From: Thermoproteota archaeon
GTDB lineage: Archaea; Korarchaeota; Korarchaeia; Korarchaeales; JAOZGB01
Direction: 5' to 3'
Length of the DNA stretch: 64,000 bases
NCBI GenBank assembly: GCA_037917685.1
Contig: JAVCBU010000011.1
Coordinates: 32,001 to 96,000, forward strand
In this document: piece after piece, positions 38,890 through 48,795 of the stretch
How positions within the stretch are numbered: the first letter of the stretch is position 1
Layout: the number at the start of each line of letters is the position of its first letter
Position numbers and translations under genes: made by a program
Notes under the pieces: generated by a model
Told to the model about the DNA's origin: nothing
What the model saw: only the letters and a program-made list of their open reading frames with translations
The model's database searches: none

Positions 38890-39810
38890 CTACGGCTTTC
38901 GATCTAAGAGGACTGGTTTCACATGTTTATACATTTTATCTTCAAGCCTCCACTCATATTGGCTTTCCGATGTTCTATGGAGCTTGAATGTTCTCCTAAG
39001 TCTTCTAGCATGGCCTATTTGCATGATTAGATCCTCCATGCCTAGGCTTGAGTGTTCAACCGTTAAGGCATAGTAGATGTACCCCACATTCCAGGGATTT
39101 ATGCCCATAAGCCATGAGGTAGCTGCGTCAACTATGACGGGGTCCAAGCCTGCTATGGATAAATCCCAAACCAGTGGCGTGCCGTTGACGGGTCCATCCC
39201 CCTCCATAGCCTCATAGCCATCTATAACTGCAAGGTTAGCCCTTACAAACCTTGAAAGCCTGTAAAGACTAAGATTTATGGCTTTATAGCCCTGGTGAAG
39301 CTTGGACCTCCACATCTTCTTAACCAGGCCCATCGCAATGTTCTTCATGCTAAGGGTGACGAGAACTGTATCATGTGTTTTAGGCGGGGAAACTGAGACA
39401 ATATACCAGCCTTTAGGGTTGACAACTGGAACCCTGAAGGTTGAAAGGTTCCCGTCGAAGACTCTAACATTAATTTCAGGCCATCCTTCGAGGGGCTCTA
39501 GCTTAACATCATATTTCTCCCTGAGAGCTTCATAGCCGTAATTCCCGCATCCCTCCTTAAAGCTTCCCACGGCAGGTATCTCCCCGACAACGATTGCAAC
39601 GTTAGGCTTCAGCCTTCTAAGAAATCCAATGACAGCATCCAAACCTTCAACATGTGTTGCGGAAAGCCGCCTAAAAGCTGAAACCATGTTGGGCTTCACA
39701 AGAATCCTATTGTATCCTGATAGGCTACGCCTAATCTCACCCTCCAGCTCTCTCAGGCATTTAGTGATGTTTCCCCGGCGCCCTAGCCCGTGGGACACGG
39801 CGACCCTCAC
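38890..39810 (-). CDS. DUF362 domain protein
   Basis: ILVKPN, ATH, PKTH..VTLSMKN, IDGYEAMEGDGP, DPVIVD. Confidence 0.85.
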   Translation of the reverse strand: MRVAVSHGLGRRGNITKCLRELEGEIRRSLSGYNRILVKPNMVSAFRRLSATHVEGLDAVIGFLRRLKPNVAIVVGEIPAVGSFKEGCGNYGYEALREKYDVKLEPLEGWPEINVRVFDGNLSTFRVPVVNPKGWYIVSVSPPKTHDTVLVTLSMKNIAMGLVKKMWRSKLHQGYKAINLSLYRLSRFVRANLAVIDGYEAMEGDGPVNGTPLVWDLSIAGLDPVIVDAATSWLMGINPWNVGYIYYALTVEHSSLGMEDLIMQIGHARRLRRTFKLHRTSESQYEWRLEDKMYKHVKPVLLDRKP

Positions 39811-39922
39811 TTAGCATCCACCGCTACACCATTACAGCTCTACATAGCTATACTCCCCCGGGCGAAGGCTTGAAGCCGTAGCGCCCATTGTTCAGGTTCA
39901 CGTTCAGGGTTCAGCGTGCCTA

Positions 39923-40546
39923 TCAGCCTCCTAGTGCTTTTAAGATCTCGTTTGCAAATTTTCTCGCCGCCTGAGGCCCTGATGCTGTAATTATGTTTCC
40001 ATCCACGACAACATCCTCGTCAACGAAAACCGCCCCCGCCTGTACAAGCTTCGACCTAGCAGTATGGAACGCTGTGACCCTCACACCATCAACAATATCA
40101 GCCTCGGCCAGGACTCCAGGGGCGAGGCAGATTGCTCCTATGATCTTACCCTTCTGGTAGGCCTCTCTGGCTATCCTTATGGCCTCAGTGTTCCCCCAGA
40201 GGTGTTTAGGAGTTCCAGGCCCTCCCACGAAAACTATGACGTCGTAAAGGTCAACGTTGACCATGTCAAGGGAAATGTTAACCATAACCTCATATCCCAG
40301 CGCCCCCATAGCCTTACCGGTCTGATCACTTGCAACATCCACCTTTAAGCCGGCTCCTGTGAAAACCTCCAGCGGAATCCTAAACTCCTCATCTCTAAAG
40401 TCCCTAAAGGAGATTATAAGTAAAACCCTCTTCCCCTCGACGCCTGTAACCTCCACCTCAGCTGGAGGCCTCCTTACACCGTACAATATCGCCACCGCCG
40501 CAACAACGGCAACGATGAAAACTAAAACAATAAATGTAGACCTCAT
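39923..40546 (-). CDS. DJ-1/PfpI family protein with N-terminal membrane anchor
   Basis: FRDEE, VFVGGPG, GAICLAP, IITASGP; hydrophobic N-terminus. Confidence 0.9.
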   Translation of the reverse strand: MRSTFIVLVFIVAVVAAVAILYGVRRPPAEVEVTGVEGKRVLLIISFRDFRDEEFRIPLEVFTGAGLKVDVASDQTGKAMGALGYEVMVNISLDMVNVDLYDVIVFVGGPGTPKHLWGNTEAIRIAREAYQKGKIIGAICLAPGVLAEADIVDGVRVTAFHTARSKLVQAGAVFVDEDVVVDGNIITASGPQAARKFANEILKALGG

Positions 40547-40836
40547 ATACCCCCCATTCTAACGCCAAGCCAGTCCTAAAAATATTAACCCTCAATATTG
40601 TACAACACGACTTCAACTTCCATGACCACCACACATCCCCATTAATACTCACTGATAGCCTGTTCCCAGCAACGAGATAGGGATCCTTCAGGCTTCCAGC
40701 TGGCTTAACCATGTTAACCATCCTACTAAGCAGGAGCCCTACTGAGCAGTAAACAGTCTAATAAATTTTTAATAGGGCTGACATAAATACTGGCGTGGAT
40801 GCCAAGTCCTCTTTTAAAGAGTAGGGAGGGATTGAA

Positions 40837-41232
40837 ATGGAGGTTCAAGGAGCAGATTTAAGAGCATTAGGATATTGCGTAACATTTACCATAATAAATT
40901 ATACCCTGTCGCCAATATTTATCGTAACACCAAAATCAAGCCTAGGTGCAAGGCTGGCTATCGTAATACTTGCCTTCGCCGCGATGTATATGGTTGCAAG
41001 GATTTTCTATGGAAATCCATTCAAAAATAAGTATCAGTCACCCTATTTCGATAGCTTTATACATGTACTGGCTCTGATAGGTATTATCAGCATTTTCTCC
41101 CTCCCATTAATTATTCTTTTTGAGGGGGTAAATGTAGATATAAATGAAATCTATGTTAAAGCAAAACCTGCATTTGTGGATTCATGGGGGATGCCAAGGA
41201 GCCGCATGCTCAGACCGTCTACTATAGGATAA
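40837..41232 (+). CDS. Hypothetical membrane protein
   Basis: 131 aa, three hydrophobic segments, GGGAGG RBS, AT-rich. Confidence 0.55.
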   Translation: MEVQGADLRALGYCVTFTIINYTLSPIFIVTPKSSLGARLAIVILAFAAMYMVARIFYGNPFKNKYQSPYFDSFIHVLALIGIISIFSLPLIILFEGVNVDINEIYVKAKPAFVDSWGMPRSRMLRPSTIG

Positions 41233-41296
41233 CGGATCTCGGAAGGGAAATCCTTAAGATTGTAAGGGAGTTGGAGAAAACAATTGCCTAGATGGC

Positions 41297-42484
41297 CTAA
41301 CCAGAAAGATATAGTTTCCTCTTTCTTAGAAGGAGATAGAATAGTAACACGTAGACCGCGTATATAGCTGAGGTTGATAGGACCGGGAGATCCAGGTTTT
41401 TATCCATTAATATTCCTCCAAGCTGGCTTGAGATCGAGTTTGGCAGCCCCCAGCATATACTGTTAAACGCTGTTACAGTTGCTCTATCTTCAGGGTGGGA
41501 CAGGTTCATGTACAGAGTTTGCATCAGCGGTGTTACCATGTTCATCAATGCTGACCGGCATATGTAGAGTATAGAAGCTACAATAAAGCTCCCAGAGTAT
41601 GGTATTAATGCTAACAAAGGTACTGAGGCGGCCTGTGGGATAACCACGCCATTTATCATGCCGAATCTCCTTGATAATGGGATGGCTCCAAGATATAGAA
41701 AGGACCCTACGATGTTCACGATCATATACATGGTTCCTATGGGTCCTGATTCAACGTTAAACTTGACACTGAAGTAGTAACTAAACAGTGGAATACTCAG
41801 ACCAGCGCCAAATCCTACAAGAATGTTCAGAGTGAAAAGCCTCATTAGAACAGTGTTCCCACGTATCCTTTCAAATGCAATTCTGTGCTTGGGTTTACTT
41901 TCAATTTTCTCTTCGGTGATAGGGGCGATTAAGAGGATTGTTGAAAGCTGAATTAGGCCTGCAATTAGTATCATGAGGCGGTAGGCTTCGAAGTAGCTCC
42001 AACCGTTTTGGACAAGTTTTTCAGGTATCCAGCCTATTAGGCTTCCGGCGGCCATGCAGAAGCTCATGATGAACGAGGACATACTGTAGACCTTTTCCAT
42101 TTTTTCACCGGCCTTGTCTGCCACGAGTGCGTTGAAAGCTGGTTGTACAGACGCCCAGCTAAACCCTGAAAGTAATGCTGAAAGTATAAGGTACGGGATG
42201 CCTATGAAGACCACGACTAGAAAGGTTGAGCAGGCTGAAAATACTGCTCCTATGAGCAGAAACTCTTTTCTCCCTGTTCTGTCGGCCATGACGCCTGCCG
42301 GTATTACTAGGATTGTCATGACGAGGCCGTTTGCAAGGTTGTAAAGGCCTATTATCCCGCCTGTATACCCTGCGCTCTTAAGGTAGAGCTGCCATATCGA
42401 CATAAAAATTCCGAAGCTCAGGCCAAACACACCGCTGAACATGATAAGAGCCCATAGATCTCTACCGAAAGAGCCAAGGTTCAA
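41297..42484 (-). CDS. MFS transporter
   Basis: GVMADRTGRK motif A, about 12 TM helices. Confidence 0.92.
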   Translation of the reverse strand: MNLGSFGRDLWALIMFSGVFGLSFGIFMSIWQLYLKSAGYTGGIIGLYNLANGLVMTILVIPAGVMADRTGRKEFLLIGAVFSACSTFLVVVFIGIPYLILSALLSGFSWASVQPAFNALVADKAGEKMEKVYSMSSFIMSFCMAAGSLIGWIPEKLVQNGWSYFEAYRLMILIAGLIQLSTILLIAPITEEKIESKPKHRIAFERIRGNTVLMRLFTLNILVGFGAGLSIPLFSYYFSVKFNVESGPIGTMYMIVNIVGSFLYLGAIPLSRRFGMINGVVIPQAASVPLLALIPYSGSFIVASILYICRSALMNMVTPLMQTLYMNLSHPEDRATVTAFNSICWGLPNSISSQLGGILMDKNLDLPVLSTSAIYAVYVLLFYLLLRKRKLYLSG

Positions 42485-42541
42485 GGTTGAACACCATTTC
42501 TCCGTTAAATATCATACTGTGTGAAATAAAAGGTTATGCTG

Positions 42542-44002
42542 TCAGATCTTACGGCTATGCTCTGCTATTAATTCTGGAATTGTCCCAAGGATTGTATCCT
42601 GTCCTCTCAGGGTTCTAAGATAATGGGCTGCCTTTGCGGAGTTTGTTGCTGTAATCCTGTATCCAAGCCTTTCTACTGGTGAGACTACCATGCAAGTGTC
42701 GGCTATAAGCCTTGCTCCAGCCTCCTCTAAAATCTTTGTCCAACCGGCCTTGCGAGCATATGCTTTGTTCCTTCTAGATGTGAAAAGCCATAGGCTACAC
42801 TTCAGAATTCTTCCCCTTAGCTTCTCGACGATCGCCTTGATCTCCTCTATGGATAGGTGAGGACATCCAATTGCTATAAGGTCCGGCTTTTGACCTGTTG
42901 TTGTAAGTTTATTCCTCACATCGTTTAAATCTTCAAATGTAAATCTGACTGTTAGGTTTATTCCGCTTTCATCTATGCCCTTTAGTGCTTCGGGGGTTAC
43001 TCTGTCGACATGGTATAGTGGCATTTTGCCCGATGCTCCACCCCCAGCCCCTAGGGCTTTAAGCTGATCCCTACTAACATCCTTTACCCCTGTTATCAGT
43101 GGAATTTCACCATAATTCATGCCTATCCAGTATCCAAGCCAGCTGTACTGGTGTCCCACCAGAGGGGCCTCAACTTGTACCTTTATCCTTGGAGTCCTGT
43201 TCTCCTTGAGGTGGAGGCCGTAGAGCGGTGTCCCGCCCAGCATGGCTGAGGCGAGGGCTTTTAGGCCGCTCTCCCTGTTCGTCCTGGCACCTATCACAGA
43301 GTTTACATAGGCAACAGCTGAAGATTCAGCCCAGGAAACGTGCTGGCCGTAGAGGGGGCAGTTCTCAGCGTAGTAGGGGGTACAGGTGCAAGTTGTATTG
43401 ACACCCATCCTCCTGTAGGCGGAGACTATTCTCGCCTGCTTCTCCGCATAGTCATGGCTGAAACCTAGCTGATGCCAGTCTTCTAGGTCCAGGGAAACCG
43501 GGTTTAGGGTTGTTGGGACTCTCACCCTCCCGCCTTCATCCGCCAGTTCCTCCAGAAATTTCATGCCTGCATCTCCTATCAACTCGTATGAAGCTCCCGA
43601 GACATGGGCAGAGGCGATGGGGATCACCTCATCTGCACCTGAAACTCTGGCGTCTGCCTCGATGAAGTCTATTATACGATCAGGAACACCATTTAACATG
43701 ACGTTGTATCTTATTCTCTTGGGCTTTACCCCCTTTACCTTTACTGGTACGCCTGCGAGGATCGCTGCTTGTGTAATGGGGTCGGGTTTCCCAAGGATTA
43801 TCTCTGCTGGCAGGGTGCCATGCATTTTCATTTTGAAGAATGTGTACGATCCTACTGTTGATCCTATAGAGTACGGCATTTCAAGTATTTTGCCTTTGAT
43901 GCTTTCCCCATGGAGGTCATGTCCTTCCTGGGTTATGATACCTGTCTCTGGGTCTATACCGTCTAGCCATGATATTGGCTTCTCAGCCTTGATCCTATCC
44001 AC
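42542..44002 (-). CDS. Fused aconitase X (swiveling DUF126 + catalytic DUF521); phosphomevalonate dehydratase-like
   Basis: N-terminal 'GIDPETG..HDLHGESIKGKIL..GSTVGS'; then AHVSGASY, TCTCTPY, WAESSA, GARTNRE, GCPH, DTCMVVSP, TNSAKAAHY. Confidence 0.88.
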   Translation of the reverse strand: MDRIKAEKPISWLDGIDPETGIITQEGHDLHGESIKGKILEMPYSIGSTVGSYTFFKMKMHGTLPAEIILGKPDPITQAAILAGVPVKVKGVKPKRIRYNVMLNGVPDRIIDFIEADARVSGADEVIPIASAHVSGASYELIGDAGMKFLEELADEGGRVRVPTTLNPVSLDLEDWHQLGFSHDYAEKQARIVSAYRRMGVNTTCTCTPYYAENCPLYGQHVSWAESSAVAYVNSVIGARTNRESGLKALASAMLGGTPLYGLHLKENRTPRIKVQVEAPLVGHQYSWLGYWIGMNYGEIPLITGVKDVSRDQLKALGAGGGASGKMPLYHVDRVTPEALKGIDESGINLTVRFTFEDLNDVRNKLTTTGQKPDLIAIGCPHLSIEEIKAIVEKLRGRILKCSLWLFTSRRNKAYARKAGWTKILEEAGARLIADTCMVVSPVERLGYRITATNSAKAAHYLRTLRGQDTILGTIPELIAEHSRKI

Positions 44003-44041
44003 AGCTATTCTTCACCGTTGAAAACTATTAAACTCATAAGT

Positions 44042-45475
44042 CTATAGAACCGTCTTTATCGTGCTTTGAGGGTAGCCGCGGCTTGTATCCGTATATATCG
44101 CGCAGACAGGTGTGTAGGGTATAACACCGTAAAACAGGACTACACCGTGCATCTTAAAGAATTTAAGATGCTTGTCCGCAAGGTGAAGGACGATCCTAGG
44201 TATTTTCTGACCAGTCTTGTATGATAGAAACACAATCATGCCTGTGGATCTGGCGAACACTGCAAGATTGTTTAGAAGTTCAAGAGTTTTTTCAGGACCA
44301 ACATACAATTCTAAGGTGTCAGCTCCTATAAATACAATTACTAATCCGTCCGTGGACTTTTCTATAAGTTTTCCAGCTGATGATAGGATCTGCTCCGTCA
44401 CCTTATCCGGGTCTGAGGTATCCATGTGAACTACGAAGTTTTCATCTGTAACCCTTAGGGTCTTATGGCTGTGTAGGAAGAGGACCCTACCCCCCATTTC
44501 CCTTTCTACATGGCCTACAAGGAAGTTTTCAGCAAGCTTGTAGCCGCTGTCCCCTCCTGATGGTATACCCATGAAGCATCTTCCATAGTTTAGGTTTCCC
44601 TGAAGCATGGGCACTAGAAGAGAAAAGTATCCTCTCCCCACACCCTTACCGACCTCGATTATATTTATGCTTCCTTTAGTCCATCCGCCGATCGCCTTGT
44701 CCAGCTCTACTATTCCCGTTGATATGTGATCCTCTGAAACATCCTTCTTGAACGGTGTTTTAGCCCTTTTCTCTTTTTCTAATACGCCGAATTCCCACTC
44801 CTTTAGATAGAAGAATCTCCCCCCGTCAAGGGTATATAGATACCTATGCTTTCTAATCGGTACACCTCTTAGCTTCTGAATCTCCATTACACGGATTCTA
44901 CGACCCTCGACATTCTTCCCGTATAGAGATACAACTCCGTCGGCCACGTAGTCTAGTTTTTCCTCTTTAGTGCTTTCACTCACGTAGATTACTATGCTTC
45001 CAGACTTTTCAGCCCAGCTTGAAATTTCGAGAAGCAGTTCCTGTCTGAGTTCAGGGGGATGTTGATCTATAAATGCCTGCCAGCTGTCAAAAACAACTAT
45101 CGGCCTCTCAACCATCCTTAAAAGTTTTATTAGATAGTTTAGACTTCTTTTTGCCTTAGAAAGCTCCACTATGGGTAGAAGGAAAGGCTTCTCCTCCTCA
45201 AGCTCCTCTGAGAGTCTTGGGATGTCCTCTATAGATATTGCCTTCACCGTTGAAGCGAGGTGTGGATGAAACCTAAGGAGGCTTTCAACCTGCAATCTCG
45301 TAGTTATATATATCCCTTTACACTCGCTTCGGAGAAAGTTAAGGATCTCGAGCGATAGACAAGTCTTACCAACGCCTGGACCACCCTTTATGAGCAGCCG
45401 TCCCCTACCCTCCTCAAGGAACCTTCTAAGTTCGGGGGGAATCAAAATCATCCGTCTATCAATAATGGTTTCCAA
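44042..45475 (-). CDS. GvpD/KaiC-like RecA-fold ATPase with degenerate second domain
   Basis: LLIKGGPGVGKT, FDSW, VSE..LDYVADGVV, KLRG, YTLDGGRF; second domain starts STGIVELD. Confidence 0.82.
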   Translation of the reverse strand: METIIDRRMILIPPELRRFLEEGRGRLLIKGGPGVGKTCLSLEILNFLRSECKGIYITTRLQVESLLRFHPHLASTVKAISIEDIPRLSEELEEEKPFLLPIVELSKAKRSLNYLIKLLRMVERPIVVFDSWQAFIDQHPPELRQELLLEISSWAEKSGSIVIYVSESTKEEKLDYVADGVVSLYGKNVEGRRIRVMEIQKLRGVPIRKHRYLYTLDGGRFFYLKEWEFGVLEKEKRAKTPFKKDVSEDHISTGIVELDKAIGGWTKGSINIIEVGKGVGRGYFSLLVPMLQGNLNYGRCFMGIPSGGDSGYKLAENFLVGHVEREMGGRVLFLHSHKTLRVTDENFVVHMDTSDPDKVTEQILSSAGKLIEKSTDGLVIVFIGADTLELYVGPEKTLELLNNLAVFARSTGMIVFLSYKTGQKIPRIVLHLADKHLKFFKMHGVVLFYGVIPYTPVCAIYTDTSRGYPQSTIKTVL

Positions 45476-45507
45476 TTTTAAACCTTAATGCTACAGTAGA
45501 GATTTGA

Positions 45508-47091
45508 TTAGTCTATACACATAAATCTCAGAAGGAAAGCTGAAAAGATGGCTGAAAAAGCCGATGCTCCTATAAACAGTAGTATTGGGGTCAAACTGGC
45601 TATATCTAGGGCTCTAAGCAAGATGTAGGGTAGAATTGTTAGGCTTCCAACGGTTAGCCCAGCCATGCTAGCAGCAAGGGTAGCAATAACGTCTTTGAAT
45701 GGATTATAGGATATGATCAGCTTGCCCCTGGTAAGCCTTAATATTACACACATCTCAACGGTTGAGACCGCAAAACACGTGAGAATCCCAATGAGTGGCA
45801 CAAAGTTGTCAGCCCATAAACCATGGGTGTAGGATAGGTAGAGGGGGATGAACACCGCTATTGGGACTGCAGAGGCTGTTGAAAAGAGGGCTTTAGAGAG
45901 GACTATTTTTCTCCAGCTTATTGGAAGCATTAATAATGGTCGAGGGTTCACTAGGTCTAGACTTAGCAGATAGAGGCCATTTGCAGCTGCTGAGAAGATC
46001 AGCAGCCCTGTGACAGCAGCGATTTTCAAAGGGGATGGTTTCCCTGAGAGGGTAGGGAGCATTATGATAAACATGTATATTGGGACTGCAAATATGTATG
46101 CATGACTTGGACTTCGGGAGGCCACTCGGAAATCCTTCTTTATAACCCCGAGAGTTGCACCCGTCACGTTAATAGACAGCTGAAGCGGCTCCACACGGCC
46201 CCCTATAAGCCCTCGCATACCAGGTTTTGAAATTATATTTACAGCTTTAACCCCGGCAAGCAACCCTAGCAGGAGATGCAATACGGATAGTAGAAGTATA
46301 GAAATGCTAACCTCGAATTCCCCGGCGTAATGTAAAGCGATTAGCATAAACTGGTAGGGGAAAATTAGACCTATAAGCTCATGTGCTGCTGTAGCATGCG
46401 ATGATACATAGCTCATTATCCAGGCAACCAGGTTTCCTATCCAGCCTAGAGACATTACAGCAAGCCCCCATAAGACAACTGTGAGAAACCTTAATAATGA
46501 CCTGGAGAGAGACCTTTCAACGCCGAAAATAAACCTGTAAAAGAGTGATGAAAGATAGATGGAAGCAGCCATTGAAAATATGAGTGTGAGAAGAGAAGCT
46601 GTAAGAACAGGGAGGGCGGCTTTTACACCCCACTTAAGCCCTGAGGCAAGAGTAGGAATCCCCACCAGTACAATAGAAGGAGCGTCGATGAACCTGATGA
46701 AGATCAAGGCTGAAACGATTTTAAGCTCCTTTGCCGACAACGGCAGGACAGTTAGGGTCTTAAAAGCCTTACCTGAAAGAAAACTGGCTACAGTGGGCAG
46801 GTTGTAGAGAATAATAATGAACATTGAGAGAAGAAGAGAGGTTCCAAGGGTAACAGATTCTTCAAAGGGGTTATCATTCGCTACTCCGAAGGTTAAACCG
46901 GTAATGAATATTATCACCACTGAGAGTATAAGCTTGTTTAAAGCGTTCTGCCACCTTATCGACCTCCTCAGTTTTCTGATCCTCTCCTCTGTGTATGCAC
47001 CGGCATGCCTGTATAACAAGAGGGCCTGAAAGTTAACCTCTTGGTAGGCTGTTCTAGATATGCTGAAAAGTCTTCTAATATTCATATTCAT
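45508..47091 (-). CDS. ABC transporter permease (large archaeal type)
   Basis: About 12 TM helices, 'LPLS' and 'KKDFRVASR' motifs, coupled to an ABC ATPase. Confidence 0.8.
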   Translation of the reverse strand: MNMNIRRLFSISRTAYQEVNFQALLLYRHAGAYTEERIRKLRRSIRWQNALNKLILSVVIIFITGLTFGVANDNPFEESVTLGTSLLLSMFIIILYNLPTVASFLSGKAFKTLTVLPLSAKELKIVSALIFIRFIDAPSIVLVGIPTLASGLKWGVKAALPVLTASLLTLIFSMAASIYLSSLFYRFIFGVERSLSRSLLRFLTVVLWGLAVMSLGWIGNLVAWIMSYVSSHATAAHELIGLIFPYQFMLIALHYAGEFEVSISILLLSVLHLLLGLLAGVKAVNIISKPGMRGLIGGRVEPLQLSINVTGATLGVIKKDFRVASRSPSHAYIFAVPIYMFIIMLPTLSGKPSPLKIAAVTGLLIFSAAANGLYLLSLDLVNPRPLLMLPISWRKIVLSKALFSTASAVPIAVFIPLYLSYTHGLWADNFVPLIGILTCFAVSTVEMCVILRLTRGKLIISYNPFKDVIATLAASMAGLTVGSLTILPYILLRALDIASLTPILLFIGASAFSAIFSAFLLRFMCID

Positions 47092-47858
47092 AGGGACTCC
47101 TCCAGCCCAGCTATTATCCTTGAAACCTCTTCCTCCTCACCGGTTACTTTCAGAAATATCTCCTCAAGGTCGGAAGCCTTAACCATGCTTGTAAGCTCTT
47201 CCACACTCCCTTCAGCGACAAGCCTGCCTCTATGTATTATTCCAACCTTTGTGCATATCTTCTCCGCAACCTCCATGATATGCGTTGAAAATAGAACTGA
47301 CCCACCATTCCTTACATGTTCTCTAATTATCCCCTTCAATATGGCTACTGTCCTCGCATCAAGACCAATAAATGGCTCGTCTAGCACTAACAGGCGAGGG
47401 CTGTGGATCAACGGTGAAATTATACTAACTTTCTGCCTGGTTCCCATCGACAATGATATGATGGGACTATCAAAGTATTTTTGAAGATCAAAAGCTTCAA
47501 CCAGAAGTTTAACCCTCTGCCGGGTGAGATTCCTGTCTAAACCTCTAACGGAGGCTATAAACTCGAAGAACTCCCTAGGGGTGAGTGACTCATATAAGGC
47601 CTGCTCCTCTGGTACATAGCCAATGATGCTCTTAACTTTTTGGCCGTCACTGGCAGGGTCAAGGCCGTAAACCTGGACGAGGCCGTCGTCTCTATCCAAA
47701 ATCCCGGAGACGATGTTGAGAGTTGTCGTCTTTCCAGCCCCATTCGGCCCCAGTAACCCGTAAACTGTAGCTTCTTCAACCATAAATGTTAAGCCATCTA
47801 AAGCTCTGACATTACCGTAGCTTTTGTAGAGCTTTTCAACAATCAACGGCTTAAGCAC
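47088..47858 (-). CDS. ABC transporter ATP-binding protein
   Basis: GPNGAGKT, LSMGTRQK, LDEP, STH, LEEIFL. Confidence 0.92.
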   Translation of the reverse strand: MLKPLIVEKLYKSYGNVRALDGLTFMVEEATVYGLLGPNGAGKTTTLNIVSGILDRDDGLVQVYGLDPASDGQKVKSIIGYVPEEQALYESLTPREFFEFIASVRGLDRNLTRQRVKLLVEAFDLQKYFDSPIISLSMGTRQKVSIISPLIHSPRLLVLDEPFIGLDARTVAILKGIIREHVRNGGSVLFSTHIMEVAEKICTKVGIIHRGRLVAEGSVEELTSMVKASDLEEIFLKVTGEEEEVSRIIAGLEESL

Positions 47859-47911
47859 AATTATATGCTCACATTAATAATTAATAATAGGGTATGATTT
47901 TAGCATAATGC

Positions 47912-48712
47912 ATGATGCCAAGAGCTAAGCTTTTACATCTACTTAACGACGCATACGAAACTTTTCTAGGCGAGAATCAGTTGTTGAAGGTAGAGTCTGA
48001 CAGGGTTGCTTTTGTTGGCGATACCCATGGAGACTTCGAATCAACCAGATCTGTGGTTTCAAAGGAGCTTGGAAAGTCAGTTATGGTTTTCCTGGGAGAC
48101 TACGTAGACCGGGGGCCCCAACAGTTGGAGAACATAGTTTATCTCCTCGAGCTTAAGCTTGAAAACCCGGACAAGATCATTCTCCTCAGGGGGAACCATG
48201 AGACCCCTCTTGCCAACAGGTTCTATGGCTTTGAATCGATTGTTGTGAGAATGTATGACTTAAAGATTTACAAGAGGTTTACCGAGGTATTTTCCGTGAT
48301 GCCTTATGCTGCGCTTGCAGGTAGTGTTCTAGCATTGCATGGGGGAATTGCTAGAAGGCTTGGAAGCCTTGACGATATCAGGAATTTAAGGAAGGGGATA
48401 GTGGAGCCATACAGGGAGAGCAGTTTAGCGCTTGAAATTCTCTGGAACGACCCCTCCGAGGATGTTGAGTGGTTTGGGCCGAGTATAAGGGGTGAGGGGA
48501 TCTATGTTTTCGGGCCTAAAGCATATGAATCTTTTTCAAGGTCCAACAATATAGATTTTATGATAAGAGCGCACCAGGTTTTTGCTAAGGGATACAACTG
48601 GTACTTTAACAGGAGAGTACTCAGCATTTTCTCAGCAAGGCATTACGGATTTAAGATAGATGCTAAATACGCCATCCTTGAGGGGGGCATGTTGAGAGTG
48701 GAGAGGGTCTAG
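47912..48712 (+). CDS. PPP-family Ser/Thr protein phosphatase
   Basis: GDTHG, GDYVDRG, RGNHE, HGGI, LWNDP, RAHQ, SIFSA..Y. Confidence 0.92.
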   Translation: MMPRAKLLHLLNDAYETFLGENQLLKVESDRVAFVGDTHGDFESTRSVVSKELGKSVMVFLGDYVDRGPQQLENIVYLLELKLENPDKIILLRGNHETPLANRFYGFESIVVRMYDLKIYKRFTEVFSVMPYAALAGSVLALHGGIARRLGSLDDIRNLRKGIVEPYRESSLALEILWNDPSEDVEWFGPSIRGEGIYVFGPKAYESFSRSNNIDFMIRAHQVFAKGYNWYFNRRVLSIFSARHYGFKIDAKYAILEGGMLRVERV

Positions 48713-48795
48713 GACCGTTTAGTTTAGCGGTGCCAAGAGTCGCCAAAGTCATTTGAAACTCAACAATTTTAAGTGTTCTTTGGGAAGAGCATGCA

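Noticed and set aside
40458-40721. 87-aa ORF overlapping the DJ-1 gene start
   Set aside because: Out-of-frame overlap with a well-supported gene and no recognisable motif.
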